DNA of 64,000 bases from an uncultured Planctomycetota bacterium (GCA_963777695.1 CAVZRC010000001.1:1221913-1285912), one strand, 5' to 3'; positions 45,050-56,223 are shown, counted from the stretch's first letter. The notes: generated by a model from the sequence alone, not told the origin. Translations and numbers: made by a program.

Positions 45050-45339
45050 CGTGCGATCAATCTCGTGGACTGGTCCCGGCTCGGCCCGATTGTCGCTCGG
45101 GACCGGACGGGCGGTGAAAAGTATCGGTTTGTGACGGGTCACCGGCCTTGGGGTGCCCGAGATATCTGGAGACATCCAGCGTTTAATCGACCCAATTGTA
45201 CACTCGCATCGTCACGCGATTCAAGCGAGCGTCACGTCTGGCGGACTCATGGTCGTCCGCCGGACGGCCTGGCGCATCGATCGAGGGCAAGGGACCCTTG
45301 GCCCTAACTGAACCGACCGGCCGCAACTCGTGTTCCATA

Positions 45340-46857
45340 TCAGTCGTCCAGATCCGAGAGCAGTTCATTGACTTCATGGTTGATGAATCGGATGGAAGGG
45401 TCCGAGGATGTCGCGGCGAGGGCGCCCGCGATCCGCTCATCCCGGCTGATCCCGATGCGGTCGGCATCGACCATCTCGAGCTCCTCCGACGACGACGATC
45501 GCTCACCAGGTTCGACTTGCTTGCGGGAGCGCATGTAGAGCTTGATCGGCACGTCGTGGAAGGGCAGCTTCTGGCGGAAGTAGTTGAGCAGGTAGCGCTG
45601 ATAGGTCGGGTCGAACAGCTTCGTGCTGTTGACGAACAGCACGAGGGTCGGCGGCGCCACGTCCACCTGAGTGGCGTAATAGATCCGTGGGTTGCGGTTC
45701 TCGCGGGACGCCGGCGCATGCGCCTCGACGGCCTCGCGGAGGATCCGATTGAGCGTGCCGGTGCTCACCCGCTTGTGCGACTGCTTGTACAGCGACTGCG
45801 ACAGGTTCAAGAGGGCCTTGACGTTCCTCCCGGTCTTGGCCGTGATGAACGCCATCGGCATGTAGCTCATGTTGCGGAAGGCGTGCTGGACCAGGTTGGC
45901 GAAACGGCCCATGTTGCCCTGCGTCGGGTCGTCGGGACTGCTGACCATGAGGTCCCATTTGTTGACCGTGAAGATGCAGGGCTTGTATTCCTGGGCGATG
46001 TAATCGGTGAGCTGCTTGTCGAGCCGGGTGATCCCCTGGGTGGGATCCAGGAACATCAACACGACGTCGGCGCGTCGGATCGACCGCTCGGCGCGGTGGA
46101 CCGAGTAGAAGTCGAGGCTCTCGCGGATCTTCGACTTCCGCTTGACGCCGGCCGTGTCGATCGCGAGGAATCGCACGCCGTCGAGGTCGAAGTGGATGTC
46201 CACCGAATCCCGCGTGGTCCCCGGTCGCTCGGAGACGATCATCCGCTCGGCCTGGGCGAGCGTGTTGATCAGCGTCGACTTGCCCGTATTGGGCCGGCCG
46301 ACGACGGCGATCTTCATCTCGGCGTCGAGCGGCCGGTTCGGTTCGAGCGGCGGCAGCATCTCCTCGATCCACTCGAGCAACTGCTTCTTGTTGCGGTTCT
46401 GCTGCGCCGAGACGGCGATCGGCTTGCCCCGCCCCAGCTTGTAGAACTCGGCCCCGCGCTGGTCGAGGCTGGGGTGGTCGGCCTTATTCATCACCAGGAT
46501 CACGGGCGTCTTCAGATACCGGAGCCGTCGGGCCACCTCCTCATCCAGCGGCATCAGCTCGTCGCGGATGTCCACGGCGAACAGGATCAGATCGGCCTCG
46601 TTCATCGCCGTGTCGATCTGACGTTCGATGTCCTCGCTCAGGTCGTCGCGGTCAACGACCCCGATCCCGCCGGTATCGACCAGCTCGATGAAACGCGGGT
46701 TCACGTCATCGCCGAGCTGCACCAGCGCGCCGACCCGGTCGCGCGTGACACCGGCCATGTCGTCCACGATGGCGATCCGGCGCCCCGCCAGCCAGTTGAA
46801 GAGCGACGACTTGCCGACGTTAGGTCGGCCGACGATCACGACCTTGGGGAGAGCCAT
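45340..46857 (-). CDS. der: ribosome biogenesis GTPase Der (EngA), tandem GTPase + KH
   Basis: GRPNVGKSS and GRPNTGKST G1 motifs. DTAG. NKxD. Confidence 0.9.
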   Translation of the reverse strand: MALPKVVIVGRPNVGKSSLFNWLAGRRIAIVDDMAGVTRDRVGALVQLGDDVNPRFIELVDTGGIGVVDRDDLSEDIERQIDTAMNEADLILFAVDIRDELMPLDEEVARRLRYLKTPVILVMNKADHPSLDQRGAEFYKLGRGKPIAVSAQQNRNKKQLLEWIEEMLPPLEPNRPLDAEMKIAVVGRPNTGKSTLINTLAQAERMIVSERPGTTRDSVDIHFDLDGVRFLAIDTAGVKRKSKIRESLDFYSVHRAERSIRRADVVLMFLDPTQGITRLDKQLTDYIAQEYKPCIFTVNKWDLMVSSPDDPTQGNMGRFANLVQHAFRNMSYMPMAFITAKTGRNVKALLNLSQSLYKQSHKRVSTGTLNRILREAVEAHAPASRENRNPRIYYATQVDVAPPTLVLFVNSTKLFDPTYQRYLLNYFRQKLPFHDVPIKLYMRSRKQVEPGERSSSSEELEMVDADRIGISRDERIAGALAATSSDPSIRFINHEVNELLSDLDD

Positions 46858-47139
46858 CGCAATTTACCACCCGTCTGGGTCAAGCCGCGGATCCGTCGGC
46901 GAGAGGCAGGATATTCGGAGGATTACGGCGCTCTCGGCATTCCGGCCGACCACAAACGCCGTCATGATCGCCAACGGGCACGACCATTGGGATCCGGGAA
47001 CGGACCACTTTCCTCTACATTATAGGGTCGGCGACGTGGCGCCGGCAAATCGTTGGATCGGATCCCTCCACGAGAAACTTGATCCCGGACCCTAGAATGA
47101 CTCGATCGAGACTGCGGGACATCGGCGTCGTCCGCGGAA

Positions 47140-47685
47140 ATGTTGGCGTGGGGGCAGGATTGCATGGAGCGCGTCGATTCCGGGGGCGGATTCAGCGTCC
47201 TGGACGGCGCGGCCCTGGTGATGGGATCGGCGATCGCGTCGATCCATACGCTGCGAGTCGTGCGGGGCGACCTCACCGGCGCGGGCTGGATCCTCATCGG
47301 GATCACGTTCGCATGGGTGGCCCTGACGGCCACGGGGCCGTTCCTCTACCTGGCGCGCCGATTCGCCCGACGCCTGGCCGACTACCCCAAGATCGGCGAT
47401 CGGCTCTGGGCCCTGCTGGGCATCCCCTGGTTGGCCACCGCCGTCATCCAGTCGGCGGCCGCGGGCAGCGAACCGCGTCAAAACATCTTCTTCTCGACGA
47501 CATTGAGCGTCGGATTGGGGCTGACATGCCTGATCACCCTGGGCGTCGTCTGGAATACCTGGGTGATGGTCCCTCCGGAGCAGGCCGCGCGGGTCGAGGC
47601 GTCGCCCTGGACGAACCGCGTCGGGCTGATCCTGGCCATTGCCTGGCCGATCCAGTGCGGCCTGGGGATGGTCGTCCTGGGCTGA
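47140..47685 (+). CDS. hypothetical membrane protein
   Basis: Five hydrophobic helices. Weak similarity to the downstream neighbour. Confidence 0.45.
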   Translation: MLAWGQDCMERVDSGGGFSVLDGAALVMGSAIASIHTLRVVRGDLTGAGWILIGITFAWVALTATGPFLYLARRFARRLADYPKIGDRLWALLGIPWLATAVIQSAAAGSEPRQNIFFSTTLSVGLGLTCLITLGVVWNTWVMVPPEQAARVEASPWTNRVGLILAIAWPIQCGLGMVVLG

Positions 47686-47746
47686 CACCTCGCTTGTCAT
47701 CGGAGATCCGGCTCATCGAGACTCTCGGCGGCCCCTCGAGGCACAC

Positions 47747-48286
47747 ATGACCCCTACCGGCACGACCGAGGCCAGACACCGCTTCCGATTCCAGCTCCAG
47801 GAGGTCCTGGCAATGGTGATCGGCTACGGGATGGCGGCGCTCTTCTTCCGAGCCTTCTGGCCGGTCGCCGGGCTACCGCCGATCCTCGGCCTGCCCGCGC
47901 TGGGACTCTACCTCTGGCTCGGACTGGCCCTGAGCGGCCCGATCCTCCTATTACGCCGCTCGGCGCAACCCCTCTCGCCCGAACCGGGCCTACCGCCGAT
48001 CGAAACGCGCACCTGGGCCGAATGGGCCTGGCTGTTCGTCGGGATCTACTGGATCATCCTCGGACTCTTCGTCCTTCCCGCACGCCTGCATGCGTTCCGG
48101 TTCGCGGACGCGCTGGTGTTCGGACTGGTCCCGATCCTGGTGGCCGTGGTGCTCCGGCAAGTCGGACATCGGGCACCATCGGAGCGTACGACCGCGACCT
48201 GGACCCATTCCGCGGGCGTCGGCCTCCTGGCCACCTGGCCCATCGCCTGGGCTTGCCTGATGATCCTGGGACGCCGATTGATGTGA
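47747..48286 (+). CDS. hypothetical membrane protein (possible tandem paralogue of 47140..47685)
   Basis: Similar topology. Shared GP(F/I)L(Y/L)LxRR motif. Confidence 0.45.
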   Translation: MTPTGTTEARHRFRFQLQEVLAMVIGYGMAALFFRAFWPVAGLPPILGLPALGLYLWLGLALSGPILLLRRSAQPLSPEPGLPPIETRTWAEWAWLFVGIYWIILGLFVLPARLHAFRFADALVFGLVPILVAVVLRQVGHRAPSERTTATWTHSAGVGLLATWPIAWACLMILGRRLM

Positions 48287-48447
48287 AAGAACGCGGCTCG
48301 TGGGCCAGGATTGGTGGCGCTGCCGCAATCCTCATACGAGCCCGAAGCGCCAGCGAGTGCATCGATGGCCGCCGGAATGCACTCGCTGGCGCTTCGGGCT
48401 CGTATCAACGTTCATCAATCTTGGCCCATGAGCGAAAAAACGAATCC

Positions 48448-51400
48448 TCAGACCTCGACGAGCGAGGCCACACGGCCAACTCGGGCCAGCTCCGTGCGGA
48501 CCATCGGATCGCCGGGTGCCAGCCGAAGCGCCTGCTCCCACGCCGAAACGGCTTCCTCGATCCGACCGCTATCCTTGAGAGCACAGCCCAGGTTCAAGTA
48601 GGTCGCCGGATGGTTCGTCCGGAAACGGAGGGACTGCCGGTAGGCGCACGCGGCTTCGTCATAACGTCGGGTGCGAAGGAGCAGCGTCCCCAAGTTATAG
48701 TACGCCGAGGGCTCGTCGGGATGATGCTCGATCAGCGACTTGAGGGCCTCCTCGGCATCGTCGAGCGTACCATGCTCGAAGAGGAGTTGGCATCGTCGGC
48801 TCGTCGCCTCGGCATCGTCCGGGAATTCCGCGACGGCCCGATCCAGCTCAGCCCTGGCCCCGTCGATCCGCCCCTGTGCCAGGGCGATCCGGCCCGTGAT
48901 GAGATATCCTTCGACGCGGTTCCGATCGTCATCGAGCAATCGTGCAGCGACCGCCTCGGCCTCGTCGAACCGACCGCGACGGATCAGGGTCTCGCCAAGC
49001 CCTCGCCAGCCGGGACGATACCCCGGCACCTCCGCGACGACCCGCCGCCACTGCTCCTCGGCCGCATCCAGGTCGCCCAGATCGGTCGCGACCACGGCCA
49101 GGTTCTGCCGCGCCTTGAACCCGGCAAGGCTCCGATCGACGCTAGAGAAGTGCCGTTCCTCACGCCCTTCCAGCACGTCGAGATAGGCGCGCCGAGCTTC
49201 GTCGAGCCGGCCCAGCTCGTGGAGCATCACCCCTTCGCGGAAACGCAATTCCGCGTCCCTCGGAAACATCGCCCGGCCACGGCGACAGGCTTCCATCGCT
49301 GCGTCATTGCGGTTCAGCCGCATCTCGGCATAGACCAGCAGCGCAAACGCCTTGCGCAAATGCGACTCCTCCGGCCCCGATCGCACGATCCCGCGCCGGA
49401 GATAGTCGGCCGCCTCGGCGAACCGCGAGCCGTGGACGTGGGTCATCCCCAGGTTGAAGAGCGTGAACGGATGCTCGGGCCGCTCGGCAAGCTCGAGCTC
49501 GAGCAACCGCAAGTCGCGACGACGCTTCCGCTCCTGGGCCTCGCGGCTCTGATCCGACCCCGAGTGGACGACGTAGAGCTCCGTCCACGCCACCTCGCCC
49601 CCGGCGCGGCGGATCGCCGGCAGGATCTGCTCGTGAATCCGACCGTCGAACCGCAAATCCGGCCGGTTTCGGAACAGCTTGACGTGGTCAACGGCCGTCA
49701 CATCGGTCGCGGGATCGCCATCCTCGCCGCCGCCCGGACAATGCACCTGCATGACGAACCCCAGCACGTTCGGCGCGACCGGCCGCTCGATCAGCCCGCG
49801 AATCTGACGCCCGCACTCCTCCGGGATCGTGTCGTCGGAATCCATCCAGAACAGCCATTCGCCCCGAGCGTGCCGCAACGACTCATTGCGAGCGGCGGAG
49901 AAATCGTCGCACCAGGGGAAATGGAACAGCCGCCCGCCAAACGACTCGACGATCTGCGGCGTCTCATCGAGCGACCCGGTGTCCACAATGACCATCTCAT
50001 CGACCCACGGCCGGATGCTCTCCAGACAGGCCGGGAGCGTCCGGGCCGAATCTCGCACGATCATGCAGAGCGACAGCCGCGGTTTCTCGTAAGCCAGCCG
50101 CAATCCACCCTCAGGATCCACGACGGCCACGAATCGCCGTGGTTCATCGTAGCTCGGCTGAGTGATGGTGCGGTTGGGCGCGGGTCTCCCGACCCCGCCC
50201 CCGGCCCGACCGAAGGTCTCCCCATCTTGAACTGTCCACTTCGCCCGGAACCGCTCCTGATTCTGCCGCATGACCTCCGAGAAGTCGGCCCCGATGCCCA
50301 GAAACGTCCGCCCGCCGTAATGATGGATGAACGTATCCGCCGCGATCACGGCGCGATAGCCGGCCTGGATCGCGCAAGATCATCGAGACCGACCACCCGA
50401 AGCGATCCGAGGTGATCACGGCGCGATAGCCGGCCTGGATCGCGCAAGCAGTAATCGTCATCATCGTAGCAGCCGACGCCGAACTGCTCGTCCAGCAACC
50501 CGATCGCATCGACCACCTCGCGACGGATCAACAAGCAGAACCCGACCAGTCGGCTCACCTCGACGCGTAGCCCGTCATGTTGCTTCCCCCAATCCCAGGC
50601 GAAACCGTCGAGGTCGGCCAGGCCCTCATACCGGGTCTCGACCTGCTGCGGCCCGCTGACGCAGTTGGAACAAGGCCCGACCAGTCCGATCGCGGGATCG
50701 CTGTGAAGCGCCCGGAGCAGTCGGCCAAACCAGCCCGTGGTGAGCACGACATCGTTATTCAGCAGCAGGATCTGATCTCCGGTCGCCGCCGCGATCCCCT
50801 GGTTGGCCGCCGCGGGAAACCCGCGATTCGTGTCATTGGCGATCAAACGCACCCCAGGAAAGCCAGCGAGGTATTCCGACGGTCCCATCGGTCGAGGCGT
50901 TGTCCACGACGATCAGCTCGTAAGGCTCGTCGGTCAGGCGACGGAGGCTATCGAGGCACTGCCGCGTATATTCGAGCTGGTTATGCGTCAGGATGACGAT
51001 CGATGTGACCCCGTAATCGGGCACCGCCGCGGGCCGGGCAACCGCCAGATACTGGTAGGCATAGAACTCGTCCGCATCGGCATCGCTGAGGCCGGCGATC
51101 TGCAACCGGCCGACCTTCACCTCGCCGGGCCGACGCTCCCGAGGGTCATCGCCCGGCGAGCCGACCCACCTCAGCTCCTCGATCGCGAACCCGGCGCGAT
51201 GGAACAGCTTCTCGACCTCGCGTCGGGTGAAGAACCGCAGATGCGTCCGGTCGAGCAGCCCGGCCGACTCATATGTCCAGTTCCCTTCGAGCAATGAACG
51301 GACAACGCCGTGATACCGGATGTTGGGGATGCTGGCGACCAGCTGCCCATCCGCCGACAGCCAATTCCGCGCCTTGTTCAACAGCCGATCGGGCTCCCGC

Positions 51401-52677
51401 AGATGCTCCAGGATATCGCCGCAGACGATCGCATCGAACGAGCCCGGCGGAAACTCCAGGTCGAGCCGCTCGACGTCGCCGACGATCACGTCATCGAGCC
51501 GCAACCGGGCGACCGCCGCCGCACTCTCGTCCAGCTCGATGCCGACGACCTCCGCCGACTGGCGAGCCTTGAGCGCCTGACCCAGCCGCCCCGCGCCGCA
51601 GCCGATATCCAGAATCCTCCGTGCCGCGACGGGGACCAAAGCCATCACCTCCGGCCGCGCGTGTCCGAAGTAGAAGGGATCCGGAGCGTGGCTCGAAGGC
51701 TCTTGCTGGAGTTCCGCCTTCAGGCGGTCTCTGGGAGCGCCCGGAGGACTATGGGGAGCGATCGTCGGACCGGCTGAAGCCGGAACTCCAACAGAATCTC
51801 CATCCCCGGCTTTCTTGTCCCACCCAACAACCGCCCGAGAGAGCCCCGTTTCCGCCTCCGAGAGCAACCGCTCCATCCGGTGTCGATACGAATGCTTCTC
51901 AACGGCCTCGGCCCGACCCGCGGCCGCGATCCGCTCCCGGACCTCCTCGCGACCGAGATAATACGCCAGCTTGTCCACCAACTCCTCCGCATCGCGATAC
52001 GTCGCCAGATGAACCCCATCCTGGAACAGCTCGCCCTGCCCGTTATCGCCCAGATCGTTGGTCACGAGCAGCGATCCGCACGCCAACGCCTCGAAGACCC
52101 GCATGTTGACGTCGTTGGTGATGCTCCGATTGAACGCCATCCGCGCCGCGGAATAGACCCGGGCCATATCCTCAAAGTAGGCATTGCCGATGTACGCGTC
52201 GGGATACCTCCAACGGATCACGTTGAGCAGCTCGGCCCGCGGACCCGGAAACACGTTCCCGACGAAGGCGACATCGAACCGCTTCTCGACGTCGTGCTTG
52301 CGATGGACCTCCGGATCGCAGGCCAGCGGCAGCCAGGCCGCCGAGCCGATCCCCGCGCGACGGAGCATCTCCGCCCCGTCGCGCTGGGCGGCAAAGACCC
52401 GGTCGAAATGACGCCCCTTCTCCACGCACCAATCGCCGTTGAGATGCGTATCGATCGCCCACCAGGCACACGGACGTAGCCCGTCGGGCAGATGGTATCG
52501 CAGTCCATCGTCGATATTGAGATAAAGGTCGAAACCCGATGAGGGAATGGCCGCCAACTCGTCCGGCTGGAAATGCACCGTCTCGACCAGCGACTCCATT
52601 GCTCGGCGACAATAGATGCCGGTCGTCTCCGGCCGTGCCCGATCGTCGTAGATCAACGCAACGCGACGGATCGCCAT
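48448..52677 (-). CDS. giant multidomain glycosyltransferase: CgeB-like GT1 domain + class I SAM methyltransferase + GT2 + GT2 + TPR repeats; disrupted by frameshift near 50872 and a 70-bp insertion/duplication at 50377-50446
   Basis: Domain order read from three ORFs. 50833..52677 carries the CgeB-like domain, ILDIGCGAGRLG MTase motif and VDNASTDGT. 50346..50888 carries the remaining GT2 core. 48448..50349 ends one GT2 (FIHHYGG) and carries a further GT2 (CMIVRDSA...WMDSDD) plus TPRs. Confidence 0.7.
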
Positions 52678-52696
52678 GGCTGAGCCTTACCGTAAG

Positions 52697-53075
52697 AGGT
52701 CCAGGAAGATAGGATTCACCACAGAGTCACAGAGGTCACAGAGAAACGCATGTGCCGTGACTAGTGTTCTGCGAGAAGTATCAGCATTTCCCTCTGTGCT
52801 CTCTGCGACTCTGTGGTGAACCGTCCGGATGGCCTTCCGCAATAAGGACCAGGAAGACAGGATTCACCACAGAGTCACAGAGGTCACAGAGAAAAACATG
52901 TCCTGTGACCACGCACGTGAGTGCGTGGTTCGGACGGGACGAAAGTCCTCCAACCTCGGGCGTGAGCCCGATCCCCTCCGCGACGGCCGTCGCCTCACGA
53001 AGGTGTCCGGCGACAAGTACCAGCATTCCCCTCTGTGATCTCTGTGACTCTGTGGTGAGTCATCCGGATGACCCA
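52697..53075. mobile_element. two tandem MITE-like units (about 140 bp and 230 bp) each bounded by 27-bp terminal inverted repeats CACCACAGAGTCACAGAGGTCACAGAG
   Basis: Left TIRs at 52718-52744 and 52865-52891. Right TIRs at 52792-52818 (degenerate) and 53030-53056. Shared flanks aggNccaggaagaNaggatt / tccggatgNcc. Confidence 0.6.
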
Positions 53076-54742
53076 CCGACTTGACGGACGAGCAACGGTC
53101 GCCAGTATCGTTCGATCACGGACTCCCAGGTGAACTCCTCCTCGAACCGCTTCCGCCCCGCCAGTCCCATGCGTCGCCGCAGCCCGGGATCATCCAGCAG
53201 CCGACCGATCTGCCGGGCCAGGTCGACAGGATCGCCCGGCTCGAACAGCAACCCCGTCAGCCCATCGACCACCGTATAAGGCACCCCGCCGATCCGGCTG
53301 GCCACGACCGGAACCCCGCTCGCCATCGCCTCGACCGACGTGATGCTCAGTCCATCCTGGGCGATCGTGGGCACGAGGCAGAGATCCGCCTCCCGATAAT
53401 ACCGGGGCAACTCCGCCTGCGAGCACCATCCGACCGACCGCGTGAACTCATCGATCCGCCCCTTCCCCGGCGGGTCGAAGGTCACCACCAGCTCGAAGTC
53501 ATCACGCTCCTGCCTCAGCAACCGACAAGCTTCATGGGCGACATGGAACCCCTTGATAAACTCGCCGGCCACCGCCGCCATGAATACGACAGCCGGCCGA
53601 CGGGATGCGGGCTCGTCGGACCAGCCCCGCTCCGGCGGCGGCCATGGAAACCGCGCCGCATCGATCCCCCAAGGCACGACCCGCACCCGGCCGGAGAACG
53701 GCTCGAGCATCGCTGCCGTCAGCGGGTTCAGCGCCAGCACCGCCTCCGCCTCCAGGAGCGCCTGCCGCAACGTCCGGTCGTACTCCGCCGTCCCGACCCC
53801 CGCCAGCGCCCGCTCGACCTGATGCAACGCCCCAGCATGATGCCCTCGCTCCCCCAGGCAGAGATGACAGACCTCCGGCGTGGCCAGATAATTCCTGGGA
53901 CACTGCCGAACCTGCCCGGACCCATCGCCCAGCAGCCGCAAATTGTTCAGCGGACAGAGGTTCTCCTGCGCCTGCATCAAGAGAAAGAAGGGATAGCCCC
54001 GCACCGCCTCGGCCAGCAGCGGCTTCATGTTCCACGCGTCGGTGATCACGACGTAATCGGGACCGAACGCCTCCACCGCGCGACGGTATCGCGCCTGGAT
54101 CTCCCCGACGTTCCACGCCGCCGCATCAAACTCGATCACCTCGGCGGGACCGAGCAATTCTTCCGTGACCCGACCGATTCCCCAATCCGGAAACCGAGCG
54201 AAGATATGCCGGACCTCATACCCGGCCCGCCCCAGGAACTGGGCCAGCCCGGCGGTATGCATGTTCCCGCCTCCCGTCGAGGGCCAGTTGAACAGGAAGC
54301 TGAGAATCGCCACCCGGAGTGGGGTGGGGGGAATAGAAGGTTGGGAGAAGTTGTCCAAGCCGGACGGTTGCTTCGTCATCGGAGCCGGTGCCAGCTCCAG
54401 CGGGACAGGCTCGCCACTCTGCCCACGTGCCAACCGGTCCATCTCGGCCGCGACCAGGGCATCATTCAGTCCGGCCAGCCGACATCCCGGATCGAACTCA
54501 ATTGCCGATCGCCAACCCTGCCGAGCCTCGTCAAATCGACCCTCCAGCGCCGCGACCACGGCCAGGTCATTGCGGATCAACGCCCGCAGCCGCGTATCCG
54601 TCGCCGCGGCCGAACCCGCGACTTCGTCATACAATCGCCGGGCCTCATCATACTGCCCCTGCCCGGCCAATCGACACGCCTGCCAGTAGCCGTCGGGCAA
54701 CCCGGCCGCCGCCTCATCCGGCTCAAAACCGACGAGCCTCAT
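53060..54742 (-). CDS. TPR-domain + GT4 (GT-B, group 1) glycosyltransferase
   Basis: N-terminal TPR-like helices. GT4 C-terminal signature EAMASGVPVVASRIGG...E-x7-E. Confidence 0.8.
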   Translation of the reverse strand: MRLVGFEPDEAAAGLPDGYWQACRLAGQGQYDEARRLYDEVAGSAAATDTRLRALIRNDLAVVAALEGRFDEARQGWRSAIEFDPGCRLAGLNDALVAAEMDRLARGQSGEPVPLELAPAPMTKQPSGLDNFSQPSIPPTPLRVAILSFLFNWPSTGGGNMHTAGLAQFLGRAGYEVRHIFARFPDWGIGRVTEELLGPAEVIEFDAAAWNVGEIQARYRRAVEAFGPDYVVITDAWNMKPLLAEAVRGYPFFLLMQAQENLCPLNNLRLLGDGSGQVRQCPRNYLATPEVCHLCLGERGHHAGALHQVERALAGVGTAEYDRTLRQALLEAEAVLALNPLTAAMLEPFSGRVRVVPWGIDAARFPWPPPERGWSDEPASRRPAVVFMAAVAGEFIKGFHVAHEACRLLRQERDDFELVVTFDPPGKGRIDEFTRSVGWCSQAELPRYYREADLCLVPTIAQDGLSITSVEAMASGVPVVASRIGGVPYTVVDGLTGLLFEPGDPVDLARQIGRLLDDPGLRRRMGLAGRKRFEEEFTWESVIERYWRPLLVRQVGGSSG

Positions 54743-54957
54743 CGATGCCTCCCGACGCTCAGCGGACGGCCACCGAGCAGAACGACGTCAACCCAGGACC
54801 GCACGAATCGAACGAGTCAGAAGATGCGTGGTGCGAACTCCAGACCGAAGATGTCAAGCGTGCTTCGATCTGGAATCCGCAAACTGCAAGCAGGAATCCG
54901 CGATCCGGATCGGACGACCAGAAATCCGTAATCTGCAATCCGCAATCTAGAATTCCA

Positions 54958-55311
54958 CTATCCCAGAGCATTCCTCAACGCCCCGATCGCCAGCGCCGGG
55001 CAATGCAGCTTATCCGGCGGCACGCCGTCCAACGCCGCGATCAGGTCGTCCGTCGTCAGCAATCGGCACTCGTCGATCGTCTGGCCCACGATCAATTCGG
55101 TGAGCATCGACCCGGCCGCGATCGTCGGCCCGCAGCCATAGGTCTGGTACTTCGCCGCCGCGATCCGATCATCCTGGACCTTGAGGAACAGGATCAGAAA
55201 CGCCCCACGCCCCGGAGTCCCGGCATGGCCGGTGAGGTCGGCGTCCTCCATGACCCCGGTATTCCTCGGGGACATGACATGCTCGGTCAGCATCTCAGAG
55301 TACTTGCCCAT
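54958..55311 (-). CDS. NifU/IscU-like Fe-S cluster scaffold domain protein
   Basis: HVMSPRNTG...GCGPTIAAGS...HCPALAIGAL conserved Cys pattern. Confidence 0.75.
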   Translation of the reverse strand: MGKYSEMLTEHVMSPRNTGVMEDADLTGHAGTPGRGAFLILFLKVQDDRIAAAKYQTYGCGPTIAAGSMLTELIVGQTIDECRLLTTDDLIAALDGVPPDKLHCPALAIGALRNALG

Positions 55312-55560
55312 GGGAGCGATGACCGAAATTGCGAATGGATCAAGCCGGATTGAGCCGCCGTGACACGATGTCTCTCTGTCGTCCGATGCACCTGGGAAAC
55401 TAGCTGCGTCCCCGTTGTGCGCCGTGTTTGCCCATGGTTGCAACGAATGAAAAGGCGAATGGTGCAATCTGGACCAAGCACACGACAGAGCCATAAGCCG
55501 TGAATGGTTTCGCCTAGCTTGCGCGATCCCCTTAAATCCCTCGTTCGACGTCGAGATTCA

Positions 55561-55625
55561 GGGATGTCCCCATTTCGTCCTGTCCCCATTTCGTCCCCCG
55601 ATGCACTCGTCCCCGCTTCCGTCCC
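55561..55625. promoter_or_regulatory. tandem motif array 2x GTCCCCATTTCGTCC + GTCCCCGCTTCCGTCC (same family as 35393-35485)
   Basis: Directly visible. 250-310 bp upstream of the nifU-like start. Confidence 0.5.
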
Positions 55626-55630
55626 TGTTC

Positions 55631-56125
55631 TTAGCTTCGTGTCGGGTCGTTGCTGGCGAAGAAGTCGTCCAAGTCATCGTAAAGCTCTTCAAGCCTGTAT
55701 TCGTTGATAATATCGACAGGCAAAACACCTGCCTCAACCTCAGGCTTAAGCAAACAATCTTGACAGAGCCTTAGAATGTCAACATCGGGAGGACACTTGT
55801 AGCAGATGGGGTTCCAAGTGACGAGGAACCAAGATCCGCAATGAATTGTTACCCAAAAGCTACTACCATGGCCACAACCTCTCACATCCACACTTGCTGC
55901 ACAAACCAGCCGAAGCCCAGGATCCCCTTTCATGTCCTGAATGGATGAATATACTGATGTGCCTAAGTCAGACTGAAGTCTACTCAAAGCTGATTCGACT
56001 GAACGGTCAGCCATAGATAAGCCTCGACTATCCCTGAAAGGTTGTGAGATTGTAACGACACAGGGGCAACGCCTAATCGGGCGATTCTCCGATCTTCCAG
56101 ATAAGTAGCTCAATAAAATATCCAA
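55631..56125 (-). CDS. hypothetical Cys-containing protein in an approximately 45% GC block immediately downstream of the Rhs toxin domain (immunity-protein candidate)
   Basis: Position and GC profile. Start may be the internal ATG near 56014. Confidence 0.45.
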   Translation of the reverse strand: MDILLSYLSGRSENRPIRRCPCVVTISQPFRDSRGLSMADRSVESALSRLQSDLGTSVYSSIQDMKGDPGLRLVCAASVDVRGCGHGSSFWVTIHCGSWFLVTWNPICYKCPPDVDILRLCQDCLLKPEVEAGVLPVDIINEYRLEELYDDLDDFFASNDPTRS

Positions 56126-56223
56126 GAATATCGAACAGACTCCGCGAGATTCGCGGAAGGTGGATTTCTACACGATAACAGACAAACACTCCTTGGAGAA
56201 GCTTGAACCACACGTCTCCTTAG

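Noticed and set aside
45196-47025. 609-aa plus-strand ORF
   Set aside because: Antisense to der. Low-complexity RG-rich translation.
48022-50415. 797-aa plus-strand ORF
   Set aside because: Antisense to the GT2-TPR gene. No motifs.
52697-53075. CRISPR array
   Set aside because: Only two units, unequal spacing, and each unit has terminal inverted repeats rather than repeat-spacer periodicity. No cas genes nearby.
53081-54931. 616-aa plus-strand ORF
   Set aside because: Antisense to the TPR-GT4 gene. Pro/Arg-rich.
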